A stretch of 64,000 nt of DNA from Leptogorgia sarmentosa (taxonomy: Eukaryota): the NCBI GenBank assembly GCA_964658305.1, contig OZ210884.1, positions 7,998,001 through 8,062,000 of the forward strand, read 5' to 3'. Below are positions 35,629 through 50,689 of the stretch, one piece after another. Each line of letters starts with the position of its first letter. Within the stretch, counting starts at the first letter, position 1. A program made the translations under genes and the position numbers. The notes beneath the pieces were generated by a model. That model searched no databases. It was not told the DNA's origin and was given only the letters and a program-made list of their open reading frames with translations.

Positions 35629-38600
35629 TCATGAACATTGCATGGCAACAAGAGATTGTGCAAGCATATGTCGTTTTTTCAACAAAATAAGTAGTCTTTG
35701 CTTTTCTAGTTCTTTATCAGCGAGCAGTCGCTGTTCTTCTTGTTCTAAATATTTCACATACTCACAAGACTTCTTCAGAATGAGAACTTTAGGAGCTCTA
35801 TCGTTATCTTGAAGCTCCGGTAAACAATCTCGTAGCCGTTGAAATTTCTCCTTCAATTCTTCACGTCTTCGTCTTTCCAAAACGTTATGAGTTGCCCGAG
35901 TTGTCTCGCTGTCTTCGGAGTCATCCGCGGCTTCATCGGTGAGTATCGTCTCTTGTGTTCCACGACTTATTGTGCGCCTGATCTTCCTGCCTCGTTTTGT
36001 AGGACTTTCTGGTAGTGGTTGCAGATTGGTCAGGTCGAATGGACCGACTAGATTAACTCTTTCGTTTAAATAGTTCGGGTCTAAAAATGACAAAATATCA
36101 ATGAGCACTACTGCAATATTAGTTAGAACTATATACAACATTTCCTATAAATTCTGTATCTATAAATTATCGCGTGCTGTTTTTAGATGGTTGTTAGCTA
36201 TATCGAGTTGATAAAATTCGGATCGAAATTATGTGCAAAATACGAGATACTTGCTTTCTATGTAAAATTTTTCAAGGGTAAAGGTATCCTGTATATATTC
36301 AATACCGCGTAAATGCATTTTTTATTGATTTGAATAGTTCATTAAGACATTATGACTATACCAACAGGTGGTCTCCATTCTTTGTGTCGGATTGTATTCA
36401 TTTTACTCCTGAGTAATTTTGAAAATAACGGTCACTCGATTCAAATTTCTATCGCGTGTATCAATAGCAACTTCTTTAATTAACAAAATCGTATCGTCCC
36501 TTCGCCGAGGCGCCCGGCGCACTTTGCTTTTGCTTATGGCTTCTTCAGCTATTGTATTCATAATTTATTGTCATTTTACAGAAAGTGAAATGCGTTTTCG
36601 CATTGTTTAGTATGTTTGTCATCATAACGTGTTATTGCTTTCGTAATCACAACAATATTTTTTTTCATGTTTTGCTCAGACAGATGCCCGCGATAAGGCA
36701 TAATTAAAACAAAGCACGTTGCGCGAACTTTCAAAATTATGAGGCTTTTGCTAAGTCTACTTAATAAGCTTGATAAAAGGCTTAGCAGAATTTTAAATTA
36801 GACACAGAAGACCATAAACACGTCTACCTGAAACTTACAAAAGTGTAGGCACACAGATTTCTTTATTTAACTCTTTAGCACACCCGAAAGCTGCATGTAT
36901 ACGCCAATACAATCCTCCCGTTGAAAAGCAATAGCAAATTTTCTATTCCGAGCAAAAAGTATAACGTTTGGGGCGGCTAATAAATTTAGTATATAGCTAC
37001 CCTATAGACTTATATGGCTGTAGAATTTGATAAGCGTATTTGCATGGGCCAATACAGCTTTCTCATGCCATTTTTCTGATGACTTGGAGCAGATTCATAA
37101 GCCCTTAGCTCAAACCCTGCATTAAATTAAATTGCGATGGAGCCGGGTATGTGGAAGTCATGTTGAAAGCTTGTTAGTCCAACAGGCGTTTTCTCTGCTA
37201 AACCAAATAAACATAAATGAAATAAACCAAAATACAACTGCAGGTTAAATTTTAGCTTAGGGTTAGTGCTTGGCTAGTTTGAATATCCGGTCCTTGAAAG
37301 ACAATTTCTGTTTTGAAAGGAAAATCCAAAACAGTTAGCACAGCTACACGTGATGGATGATATTTTCTCATAAGCTATTTTCGTACTTGTAAAGGATATT
37401 TCAAGATATGCGAATTGAACTGAAACCTGCCAATTACTGTATAATACTTTTTCATGAAGGAAATCTATAAATCCAGCAACAATTAGCAGACAAATAATTC
37501 AATATAATACATTCAATACAAGTATATCGGAAAAGAACATTTCCTAAGTCGAATCCTGTTGTGAATTAGTGTGTAAATAATACAAGGTTTTTTTCAACTA
37601 GGAAGAGTTGTGACCAATTTTCTCATTCGTGAAAAGGCAGGTGGCTTGAGGGAAATCATTCACTGCTTTGTATTTGAGAAGCGCATCTTCTAATTTAGCT
37701 CACAATTATCTTGTCTAGTCGCTGCTCAGTGCTCACACTAAACTCATGCATGCATGCATGTAGCAAACTTGCGGTCGACCAACCTATAAGTTGGACAGAT
37801 TTCAAAACGATGCTACGCGTTCATCGCTCGGACCGTATACAGTGGAGCATTCAAAGTTGCACTACCAGCGTCAATAAGCGGGAAAACTTGCCTGGCTGCT
37901 AAGCAAAAGAATTGTAATGTACACTGCATGGTTGAAAGTTGAAACCAATATGAACCAACCCTCAACGGAAAGGGGAGGGAAGGCCCACTTGAGGTCTTAG
38001 CTCCGACATAGTATCGATTCAAATTGCCAGTGTAAACGTTGAGTTAAATTTAGCAAACTCATTCATTTTGTGTATAAAGGCGGTAAAATCGCATCCGCAT
38101 CTAAATATCTCTATTATAAACTGCTCCTTTGAATTCAATGCTGCTATAATCCGTTCCGTTATATTCATGATATTTAAAGCCAGAAGCGAATTCTAGTTTC
38201 CTAAAACTTTAATGAAGTGTCTATCAAATGATCACAAGTCGGAATTTTACTCGCTCATTCAAAAGATTCTATCAATGACAAAGGACAAAACGCCCTGTTA
38301 TACGATTGGTCAATAAACGCAATTAAATAACGCTATGTCGTTATCACCATAGCAGCAAGTGCATGAATGAATCGCATTAAAAATTTGAATAATCCCTTCA
38401 TAGATTGAAAAACAGGTGTTGGCACAATTACTGATGTATTGAATATTTGAATTGCTGGTAGTTTTAAATTATTTTTTAGCAAACAACAAAATCGCTTTCT
38501 CGTATATTGTGAAATACAGTTATCGATTTGCAAACTCCATCAGAATTGCTAGGACATATTGTACAAATTGAAAGACTTTCAATTTTTGTAATTCTTATTT

Positions 38601-41539
38601 TATTGCACGCTTTAATCAGATGAAGAAATTACTTAACACAGCAGCTGTTTTCTTTTATTATATACGTCAACAATAAGATCAACAAAAACTCCTAACTAGT
38701 ACTTGTAACTAAAATGTCCTTTGTAAACTGCGCGCCTATATACAAATGGAAATTTGAAAATTTTAATCATGTTATAGAATACATGCAGGAGTAGTTTGAA
38801 AATGTTGTCATGTTGTCCTGATCATCAACCGATGTAATTGTCTATCCCATGGCCAGATCATCCACAGATATAATTAGTTGAGGCACTACAAATGGTATTT
38901 CTATTTCACTGCACTACAAATGATATTTCTATTTCACCCAATTATAAATACCGTGCAATATAGGTATCATTTGTTTTACTTCAGAACGAGTCCGTACCAA
39001 TTCTGCTTGCCCTCCAAACTGAAATCTTTAATACTGACTGCTTTGAAACGTAGCTACATCGTGCGTCAATTGGTCGAAATATTCTGACATTTTATAAACG
39101 ACAGGCACTCAGTGAGCAATTTTTCATTTTCTCAGATCATATTTTAATGTTAAAATTTACTTGAAAAGGAAATTATCAGTGGACGTTGATGTGTTAATCT
39201 ACGGATATTCTCTCAACTAAAGGCTTAACTGATTCATTAAGCGTTAATATCCATCTTTGGCATTAGGTGTATAGGGAATAATTGTATTCAGAGTTATCAA
39301 AGACGCTTTGCCTGATGTATAGAGATACGGACTGCTCGCACTCACCGGCGGCTATGAAAGCAACAAAAAACTGGCCCTCTGAAACATACGCGATCTAGTG
39401 CAACTTGCTTTCACTCATAAAGCAACGGTCGAAACCAAATGTCAACTTAATCTCTACCTAATACTATGTTAGACTTAATATTCAGGTTAATGTTGACTGG
39501 CCATGCACGCGGTTCTTACAAGATGAAAAGTTACTCGAGTGGAACTAAATTTGCAAATCCACAACGTACGACGACTGCGGGAGTTTGCTGGGAAAACGAT
39601 CGCGCCAAAAAGGCTGCACAATCGTACGGTTATTCGTCCCGTTTTGCGTAAATAATTTTCAATTTGTAAATTATAATGTCTATAGCCATCGATGGTGACA
39701 GGAAATATTTGGTTTTCTGACTGAGATAGATGACTAAGCATAGATCCAAAGTCTAAACAAATAAGATGTGTGGACGCGTGCCTAATCACTTAGATGCACC
39801 TTTAATGAAAAGTTTGGCCCATTACGCCTTGAAAATGATCGTTTTATGATCATCTTGCTTTTCCGTAATGTTCTCGAGGGAGGAATGAATGATATGTACA
39901 CGAGCAAGTCTTTTATTATACAAAGAGCAGCAATATCGTTCAGGAAGGGCTGATTGATTCTTTTACAGCTTTAATTTCGCATCTAATTGTGATAAACTGA
40001 CGTGCAGCTTTCAACGTATTGGTATTCACAATGCGTTATTGACGTTTTGTCTTGAACGGTCATGTTAGGCTATCCATTCACTTCATACAACGGAGAGTTA
40101 TGGCCTAGCTAGGCTCTCCTTAACGGTCGTGTATAGAAATTGGGAAATTGGCATACGTTCAAGACGGCAGTCGTGATTAATGAGTAACTATTTCGAAAGC
40201 AATAGGCGTACGGTGCACGCGTGCCGCAACAACTACCACATTACGCTTTGAGTACACAACAAAGTGTAGATTTCCTGTTTTGCTCACATATCCCAATTCT
40301 CGCATAATTTGATGACGATAGAATGAAGAAGGCCTTTTAGAAAACTTGAAACTGTCGGGTAGTGAAAAAAAGCTAATTTTGCGGTTTATATAATAATGGT
40401 CACGGCTGAGTTCGTATTTTATTTACCGCCATTTTTGAAACTATTTTTCAATCAACATATTACCGCGATGACTCATAAAGTCTAACCGCCATGACTAGTA
40501 ATCTTACTAAGGATTTCTAAAGATAGTTAATTACAGCTAGCTAGAAGAATTGACCAGGTTTTGAAAATACAAAGAGGTACCCTCTGATATTGGTTAACTC
40601 GATCAACAATCATGTAAAACAGCATGGTGAGTGTTTGAACGTAAACTGTAGCACTATACCCCGCGGTGTAGAAGTAAATTAGATTCGCTCGCGTGGCCCT
40701 GCCCGTGCCGTTTTTTACGCTGCATGCAAATGAGGCTAGCGGCCACATGGACTGATACACTTAAAATATTGTGAGTACACTTACAGAATTTAGTGCACTT
40801 GTAAACTAAATATAAAACTATATAACATAAGCAAACTTTGAAGGTGTGCCTTTACTGGAAGACATTTTGTGTGTAAATGTACAGCTATACTTTACGATTA
40901 GGAGGGAGTAGTGAGCTTACCTGAAATCATGCCAGAATTCGTTGGAGTTGCTAGGATTTCTCGCGTGATGAGGTGTCCCATCGTATTGAGTGGTTGAATT
41001 GGGTTTGCATTCACGGTTAGTACAAATGACTGGCTGTAAGCGGGTGACCCTACAACTTGATCAGAAATATGAACTGTGCGAATGCCATGCGAGATGTAGT
41101 TTACATCAGGTACGTTGGTAGCTCTGTTGTCGTACACTTCGCATTGTGGTTTGGGTTGGTGCGTGGAATTCATTTGCCACATGGTCTCGTCAAATACCGT
41201 AGGCGATGTTAATTTTTGCATCTCTTCGTCGCTGATGTCCAGCACAGGTAATGAACTCAGCCCGGTGTTCACGAGATCATCTGGGATCTCGTCGGGCACC
41301 ACTTGTAGGGCTGGTTGAAAATTGCTCTGTGGTGCTGCTGCTGGTGGTATGAAGTCAGGAAAGCCAGTTTGGTAGCAAAGTTCTTCTGGCGAGCATGGAG
41401 GTGTTGGCAGGAGATTCTGTACTTTCTGCCAAGGATCTTCCTTCAGGGCAGTGTTAGCGCACATATCTTCATAACTACCATCAATTAAGAATCCCACACG
41501 AGAGTCGAGCATGTGGTTATCGGAGCGCTCGTAAAACAT
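35629..41539 (-). CDS. myc: Myc-family bHLH-ZIP transcription factor (gene A), coding exons 41539-40921 and 36080-35629, ~356 aa
   Basis: MBI-like EDPWQKVQNLLPTPPCSPE; MBII-like FDETMW; phase-1 intron (TCAG|GTAAG ... TTTTTAG|AC); bHLH RATHNVLERRRREELKEKFQRLRDCLPELQDNDRAPKVLILKKSCEYV followed by a zipper. An acceptor just before the ATG and a donor-like site at ~41820 suggest a non-coding first exon, as in c-myc. Confidence 0.88.
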
Positions 41540-44500
41540 TTTCTGCAAGAAAAAGTGGCGGTTAAACACAGTATTCAGTTACTCGCCAAACACTGAGCTC
41601 TGTACAGTCTCTGCATGTTTATATTCCTTTGCGAAGACATCAAAATGCAAAGACTCCTAATCTCCTAATGCTTATATCAGCTCCTTTCATCAATCTTCAG
41701 ATTTTAAGCCTGCCTTGTTAAGGATTTAATAAATCGGACAACCACGCAAACTTGCAAAAGCAGGCACACGTATATTGACATTGAAATCATTACTACGACA
41801 TGAATAATTATTTTTATTTACCTCTAAACGTTGTTAATAATTAGTTGTTTTGCTCAGCTTCGATCTCATACGGTACGTGCTCGTTCAGCGCTCGTCAACA
41901 ACTAACCAACGCACGGCGCTTAGCGCTAATTTGACTGCACTCATTTGAAATTTTCGAAATTAGCATATTGATATTCTCTAAACAATGGCTTTGGCTTGGC
42001 TATTCTTAGCATTTCAAAGAGACCACTCAAATGATTTCGCAGCCATTTGTGTATATGGAAATTACTAGTATAGCCTTATACAAGCCTTGCTAGATTAGCT
42101 TTCTGAAGATTTGGGGTAAAACAAACTATAGTACAGAAATTCTGATTCTTTGCACGCTCGCAAAATCAGAATTAGTAGCCATTGAAGTCGAGTACCAGTA
42201 AGATAAAATTGTTGACTTGGCAAAGGACTGAAAGAGCCACCGGTCGTTGAATATAACCACAAGTTGAGCAGCGCATCACTTTTTCCTTTCTTATTTCGCT
42301 TATAGGCATGCACATAGATTTGTGACTAGATATATTGTACTCATTAACTTTGTAAGTTTATGTAGTCAAACATATACATTATATTATAGGACAATCCGCA
42401 GTTACATAGGATCGCTGCAGCAGTCGAAACGCTACAATGAATGTTTATTTGCTATACTCTGTATCATTGTATAACACTCGGAGTTGAGTCTATACTTAGC
42501 CTAGACAAAAGTCTACTGGAAATGAAGGGAAAAACAGCAACTGAGTGGAGAGGAAGAAATCTTTTAAGATATGAATCAAGTGTAGAGTAGACAGCATATA
42601 ATTATGTCAGCTGAACGCGTGTGCACAGGAATGAAATATGAAGCCGACGGCACCTGTTTAAATACCAAATGTTTCACAGGTTAGCTGCATACCAGTGTAT
42701 TTATAATTTGTGACATCAGCTGTGCGATTTCACACATCATATATTCTATAGTGGTCATTTGGCTTGATTTATACTCAACCGGCCATTAGTCTTATTTCAT
42801 TTCTTTCTGTGTGGCTGACAAACAATTACAACGGATTAGGCATCTTAATTACAGGCAGTAAATCTTCTCGCGCGGGTATTAGAAGATGAAAATAAATCCG
42901 ATCTGTGCGAGATAACAATATCGGAATTAAGATTTGACGTGAAACGCGTGCCATATTTGATCTGTTTATAAAATCGTGTCGGCAGCCAGTTGACTGGGAA
43001 CACCCACTCAATGTGTTATTTGGCAATTAGTTTATAATATGATCTCTCCCTGCAAATTACTCTTGACGTAAACAGCAGGAGGCTTGTGTAAGTAGATGCG
43101 AGAAGTATAAAAACAATTGCTTATCGGAGGGGTGTTGGTGTGCGGGCTCCATTCCGTGATATGCGGCTTTACGGTAAAATTTGGACATAAGATTGTTTGA
43201 AGACAGGCTACTCATGAGCTCTGGTGCATGGCCTGTTGTGGTGCTGAAACCTCGGTAATTATACTGTCAAAATTCTGTCATCCCAACAGGAATTTTGCAC
43301 GGGTAAAGTCACAATTTCACTTTGAAGGATTGTCAAAATTTCAGAGACCAGTTGTGAATGTACTAATGTACTCTTTAGGATTTACGGTTACACAATGCAT
43401 ATATGATGCTTACATATAATTTCTTGATACTGCAAACCAGCCGTATAATGGCAAATGCAAAATCGCTACGTGATTAGGGTGAGACTTCAGTCTCTTAGTG
43501 CTTCAGATGCTTTTACTCAAATTAGCTATATAGATTTGAAGATAAAGGTAAATCCAGCTTAATTTTTGCTGCATATATAGTATTATAGTGATTACCTCTC
43601 AATTAAACCGTGAAAAATTTGCGATTGCGCCAAAATCATCGCAGCTAGTGTTGACCTTCGCACTTATGCAGTAACTTCACACATACACCCAAATAAAACT
43701 ACTATACTAGCAATCATATGTTGAACTATACTAGACTTGAACTTGTACCTTAAATGTATTGTAATTTATAGCAGTGTTGGTTGGAATATAGTTAGCCTGT
43801 ACATAGATTACATGCATCAAATGGTAAGCTCGCGTTCCTGAGCTGAGGAACTGAAATAAGATTTTGACGTGTCTTTTCTACCCTGGTTTTATAACGATGA
43901 TTTTACTTTTGGTCTAGACCTCAAATTCGACCTTACGTTTCCTTCAGAAGTGAGCATACCTCCATTAATGCGTTCTGTTATCAGTATAATGTACCAAACT
44001 TTGCACTTTTTAAACTACAGAAACTAGAAAGTCTTATGAGACTTTAACAGACATGCAAGCATGCATAACTACATACAGTTGAATATGTTAATTAGAGTAT
44101 AACTCTACCTGGAAGTTTTCTCGTCCAGCATATGCGCAAGCAACGTTTGAAGACATCCTTTGAGAGTTTTTATCTGACTGCGAGACAGTTCGATTCAATC
44201 TGTGGACACGTTGTTTAGTAGATGAACTAAATAAAATGACAAGGCAAAAGTTTGTCAGATAAATTAATTGACAAGGTCAAAAATGATCCCACACAATCAC
44301 CTCAACACCTTGCAAGATCAAACAATATATGCTCCGATCTATTATATACTACAATGGATAGCTAGATAGTTGAAAATGAACCATTGGTTTCTGTGCACCA
44401 ACCGCTTCCTGGTTGCACCCTTTCGCCCGCCGGGAGTTGCCGGAAGATTTAAGATTTCATAATTATATAGTTGGCATTGATTGCGGGCTGATACTTCAGT

Positions 44501-47500
44501 CAGGTGAGTACCACATGCACCCTATATGGAAAGTTCAGCCTTGTACACTCTCAACTTATATATTGGTTGAAGTGGACAAGATGTTATTTGAAAACTCGAT
44601 TAGTTTCACAAAATGAAAAATGACCAATTCCAAACTTCCTGGTTTCGAAGGTGCAGTGCATGATTACATGTTGTCTATCGTTTACTTCATGAACGCCATG
44701 AATTGCGTGAATTTGGCGTAACTGACATCATGAGATAATTATTTGGAAGTGATAAACCGCAATATTGTGCACGCACGAAATTTCACTGAAAATGATATTT
44801 AATACGCTTTTGATACATTGTTTTTCCGCACTATTTACATTGTAATTTATACTCCGGCTTTCGTAATGATGATTAAATGTGGCCAGTGTAGGCAGCGGAT
44901 AACAACAGCAATTAGCAGCAAAATTTCAACTTTCTGCACCTAAACGACGTGTTGTACTGTATATAATCTTTTAAAGAGCTTAAGCCGAATTTTTGTGATT
45001 GTCGAGATGTTATATGTCCATTAATAGCCATTACATGCAGGTGTTGTTTAGGCTGATGAAGTCAATTCAAATTGCACTATACTATCCATCGCTGCATGGA
45101 ATAACTGGACATAACTTTCAACACTACAAATATAGTTGTATAATTTATATACATAGCTAAGTGTTTGTTTTAGATTCGAAAACTTCCGATACGAGGACTA
45201 TTATAATATTTGATTGTTGTTCAATGCATAGCTACATAGTCTTGTTTGGTATTCTATAGACATATCCAGAGTTTAATTTATGTTTAGCGGCAATTAAACG
45301 GCCGGTCCCTGTGTTGCTTTCTTGGAAATGGGTCATTGCAGTCGTTAACGGTATTGAGAGAAACATAAGAAACATCAATCACAGTCGTTTACTGTATTAA
45401 GGACAGAAACAACCATGCAGAAACTGATTTTGCTTCAGAATATCCATATACAGTAGTTTTCATCTTCCTATGGTTCCGTGATAACTATATGGACCAACAA
45501 TTATTTCATCAAACAAAGAGTATTTGTTTTGTTTTTGTTTCGATAATTGCCATGCACGCGAATATTTACAGCGATATCCGTAAAATCGTTTTAAAAACTT
45601 GTATAGCTCATGTTAATTATTTGTGTAGTTTTCTTTTCGAAAATTATGTCGACTCACTTTAAGACGAATTTATAGCTATTCAGGTCGCTATCAAAATTGG
45701 TAAAAATCTCTTCAGTAAGGAAGGCACTGAAGTTTACCTATAGTTCTCAGCAAATCCAAAACGATAGGACAGCTGAAACGTTTATGCCAGTCTAAGCAAT
45801 TAAAATATACATGACTACTTTTTGAAAACGGCACGAAACTCTCTTTGTAAATGTTTTATTTCGTAAGCAAATACTTGAATTAATTTTTTTAATGATATGG
45901 TATTATGCCATGCAGTTAGACGAAAATAAATACATATTTGTTATGAATGACAAAGATATAAGAAAAGTGAAAGTACAGAAATATGATATACTAAGCCTGT
46001 TCCGTTTGACGCAGTTCGGTGCGTATGGGCCAGGAAAACCAGCCAACTGCCAATATATATTGCATCAAACTGAAATGCCGATGTTACATGCATGCCACAT
46101 GTATAAAGAATTGAAGAATGCTGAAACCCCTGATATTATTAGAAAGCAATGCAAATATGATTTATTCCCAGTCCTCGTGCACATATATGATGCATTTGTT
46201 CCCTGACGTCAATATCATTTTAAAAGAGTAAAAATCTCTTTCCTTGAGTAGACATATGACAATCCGGTCATCTGATTATCCGACGGTAAACGTTCGAGAT
46301 GTTTCCGTGGACTCTTCAGATTTTTGGCACATTATTCTGATCATTCATTGTGAAATATCATCAGAAAATGGCTTTTGATTTTCCTGAGTTTCTTCCACTA
46401 AAAATTCTATTTTGAGGGACTTTCTCACCTTTTAAAAGTCCTTCAACATATCAAAGTGTATTTTTAATATATATTGTCATTGTCTCATAATAAATCGATA
46501 ACATCATAGGAAGTTGTTATTCGCTTTACCTTCTTAATTTCATGGCATGACAGGAGTTACTGATGATTGCTGAGTAGGTTGATTTCTGCTTCCTTTTCTT
46601 TCTGCAGTAAAAAAAAATTGAGAATGATTCAAATGAATCGAAGTACGTAAGTACAGCACTTGTTCGTACTTTACATGGCTGCATGTACACATGTTTTCTT
46701 AATCGCTTGCTAACTTCCTCAAACTGTACTGCCTGTCATTTCATAACCAGTCAACACGTGTTTGGATCGATGACATGCACTTCAGCACTTGGACATGGGT
46801 TTGTAGAGGGTTGAATTTCTTAGAGTTCAACATTAAATGCCCTCCATATCAAATCACGAACCTGAACGCACTTGCACAATGAAATTAATGTTTAGTGTAT
46901 AGCTGGTTTCAAGTAATTTTATATCAAAGACATGATCATATTGCAAAATTCGTACTTTATTCAATTTCAGTGGTTCCCATGATAAAATATCGTAAAGTTC
47001 AAACAATGTCTTACCCATACATCACTGGATGACTTCACAGCTTGACAGCTAAGCTAAAAATTGTTCAAGAATCAAACATTAATATTGCAATTTCTTAACC
47101 CCTATAATTATTTTCTTCAAATATTGAGATTTTATATAGGCACTAATGTGGGATAACTTCCTTAGCTTACACCATGCGATAGGATTAAAGTCCATGCATG
47201 ACGCAAATGACCTAATGTCAAGTTGCATCCCTCACAATATTATTGTTAATTCCACATGGCAGTTCGCATTTCATCCCTATAGGAACCTATATTTCGCCAA
47301 CATTCTCTGCAAGAGATTTATTCAACGAAATAATTTCAGCCGTCAACCGTTATTTTTCCACGAAACTACATATTTACTATATCTATATACTACCGCAGTG
47401 GGAATTGCAATTTAAAAAGATCATGTTGCTGTTATAGCATGAAATATATATTACACACCTATCGCCATTCAGCCCATTCTTATCAATTGATATAGCCGTA

Positions 47501-50500
47501 TTAATAGTCAATAACTATAAGTTTGTTTCAAATTAAATTATTTTACCAATTATTTTACTTTACAACACAAAAGATTGAAATAATCTCTTGTTCGAAATTG
47601 AATGGCCTATTATCTTTTATCAGTTCATAATTTATGGAAAAATTGCGTTTTCAAAATGTAAGAAGCCGCTTTTCAAATTCTCAAGATATTTTATCTGTCA
47701 ATTTTTAATATATGTACCAAAAAGGTTTTTAGGCATTTTTCCATTCGAAATTAGTGCTGAGGCTTTCAAATTTTCACAACCCAAGTTATTTCAATCGTTC
47801 GCCTTTTTTGAGACACCCTGTATATATATGTAATGTATAATGATATATTTAGCTGTGATTGAATTCGAAACCCGGAATTTTTTGAATTTACTGTATTATA
47901 ATTATAACCGTTATTATGATATTGACCCGCACAAACATGTGCCTAAAGATCAAACAATGTAGTAATGATTTATTTATGGCTGGAACTGGGAAGAGCATGG
48001 AAGTTTGCTGAGACTGCTGGCTAACCAATATTAGTTTACGCATTGCATAACCAATATCTTGACTTCCCGAGTTCCGTGTTGGTGCATGTGTCGTAAAATG
48101 AACGTAAAAGTGATTTTAACGATAGATTTACACAAATATGCACGAAACGAAACGCCGACATAAACATCAAAATCCAAAAATGACAGTACATCTACCTTGG
48201 CCACAGGAAATCCTACAGTATATCCACACACTCCGACAACTCGCCGGCCGTTGACACACAAAACCACAAAACAACCCGACGATAGGGTTTAAGTTTATTT
48301 TGCATTAAAACAATCTTACCGAGATGCTAAATTTTAGACTGAAATTTTACTTTGTATTTCTGCCGCAGCAAAACCATTTCAGTTGTATAGTTTTGTCATA
48401 ATATAACGGGGTGTTTCTCTAAAAAAGTAGGTAGTTTTAACTAAACTATACTAATCGCATTGTTGAACTTTGAAGGAGAAATTCGAAAATGACTCATCCA
48501 CCTAGGAATAGTTTAATTAAATTTAAAAAACGATATACACAGGCAATTAAATTTCCGCTGTTGTTTTTGCCAATTTTTCTTTCATCAATTGAAATATTGA
48601 TTTCGTACTATTCTAAAAGGAACCGAATACTATTTTCAAAACGAAAACCACATCAAAGTGATACAGCCACGCAACTATACTCAACGCGGATGGTTAAAAG
48701 CGCTCTCAACGATATGACGTCTCATTCCTGGGAAAGCAATCAGAAATGCGAAAAGTTCAAGTTATTGGTTTTCAGTTTTTAACATTGCTCACTATGTGTG
48801 TAATGAATAAGAATAGCTGAAGAATAGCTAAAATTTATCAATGAAACTCAAAACTTGTTTTGTCAATACAGTTAATTAACTGAGGCTGCACATTTTAATA
48901 TTAAAACAATTCATTTCAAAAATGGAAACATTGGATTTCCTGGCTAATCCCAGTGATTATCGTCAGCCTTTGGAGATGAAAAGTCCATTATGGAAAATCT
49001 GGAAAGAGGCCAATTAATATTCCAGTTCAGTCCGAAAATTCCGTGTTATAAATAAAGTGTTTTTACGAAAATCAAAACAAGGAAATTTGATAAATTAGTG
49101 CGTAATGAGAATATGTCATTTTGCTCAGTTAGTCCACGTTTTGTTACTGCCACTTGCAATCAAATACGTCGAATCTTGAATTTTTCAAGTTGGTATTAAA
49201 CCCTTGCAATAATATCAAGGCTTTTATTAATACCTTGCAAACTCCAAAGACGAACAATACTGGCCTCCCCCCTGCCCCCCCCCCCTGGCCCCCCTTGTTA
49301 GTAATTTCTAGCGCGTTGCATTGTGGTTTTAGTGGTATCATTGATATTCAACAATGATACTTGAATGAAAATAATGAATAATTTGGCGAAAATTGTCTTT
49401 GTTGGTCATTGTACACTTGACCGCAGCTTAACAGTTTTTGAACGAGTCAGCACAAAAACGAGGCAACAAACATCAGTTACACCACTAAATACTTCATGCA
49501 GTGAACCAATAAAACTATAATACATGCAACGTGCTACACTAATAAGGGATTTAGGTCCAGTAATAGTATCGCAAATTTTCTTTGTAGGATTACTTGATAT
49601 GTTTTGTTTTGCATGTACATTTCTTTAGGAAAATATTAGTTGAATGATAGTAAATAAATTGGAGAAGATGATTATGTATTTCATTTTTTTGTCGAGATGA
49701 AAATCTATTCATTGGGGGCATGGTGACAGTTGAATGATTTTCGTGATTTTAAAAAGAGAATAAATGCTTCCTATCATTCTGCACAGCCGGATGCTTAAAA
49801 AATCAGGTGCTTGAGTGAGTTGTTTTGTTGACGTCTCGACTCTCGAACTCTGACTGTAAAAGGCTTGTTAAACGTGGAACATGAGACGGAATTCCTCTAA
49901 AACCAATATTAATCAATTAAATTGTCATTTATCATATAGTTGTCAAGTAGGTTATGATAAATTATTAGAAATACACGCATTTGCTTGCTTGCAATCACGT
50001 GACTTTTTGCAATGACGTTGAACAACTTGTACACGATATTTCTCAGATGTGAATACAAAAATGTCAGCCAATGACTTTGCGTTATTTACTAATAAAAGGG
50101 AGATTCGGCCTCGTGTATTCTTGTTGCTATTTATATCCCACGTTCATGTGTGCATGTTTTATTGTAAAATGTAAAACAAAAAAACTAATAGCAATTTGCA
50201 AATTTGTGTGTCCAGCTGCAATATAATAACATTTTCTAACCCTTGGCAATTGCATGGCTACAAAACAGTATAATTAATTTGATGTGGCATCCCTAAGTCA
50301 AAATTAATAAACCCACATTCTATACTAGAAATAGTTATCACTACAAGTGCCCCACTGATTGATGCTGTTAATTCCAGTTTGGAGTATCAAAGTTTGACAG
50401 TATAAACCAGGCTTTAAATACTTGGATGAATTGAATGTATACTTTCAGCACAGAGAATGTGATAGGGTAACCCAGCCTTGAAGGGGTTGTTTATTTAAGG

Positions 50501-50689
50501 AAGATTATGTCAAGACTGAAGGTCAAAATATCAACAGTATAATTATACAAAATTATCATCTACAAAAGAGTACTTATTTGTAAAAATACATGCAAGTTTA
50601 TAATTAGCAAATAACTAAATAATGCATATGTGAATGAAAACCATTCTTCCATTCAGGTGTTTAATATGAATACATCAATAAAAATATGA

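Noticed and set aside
47805..47825. Tc1-like end 'ttttgagacaccctgta'
   Set aside because: No matching left TIR found nearby, so element boundaries cannot be supported.
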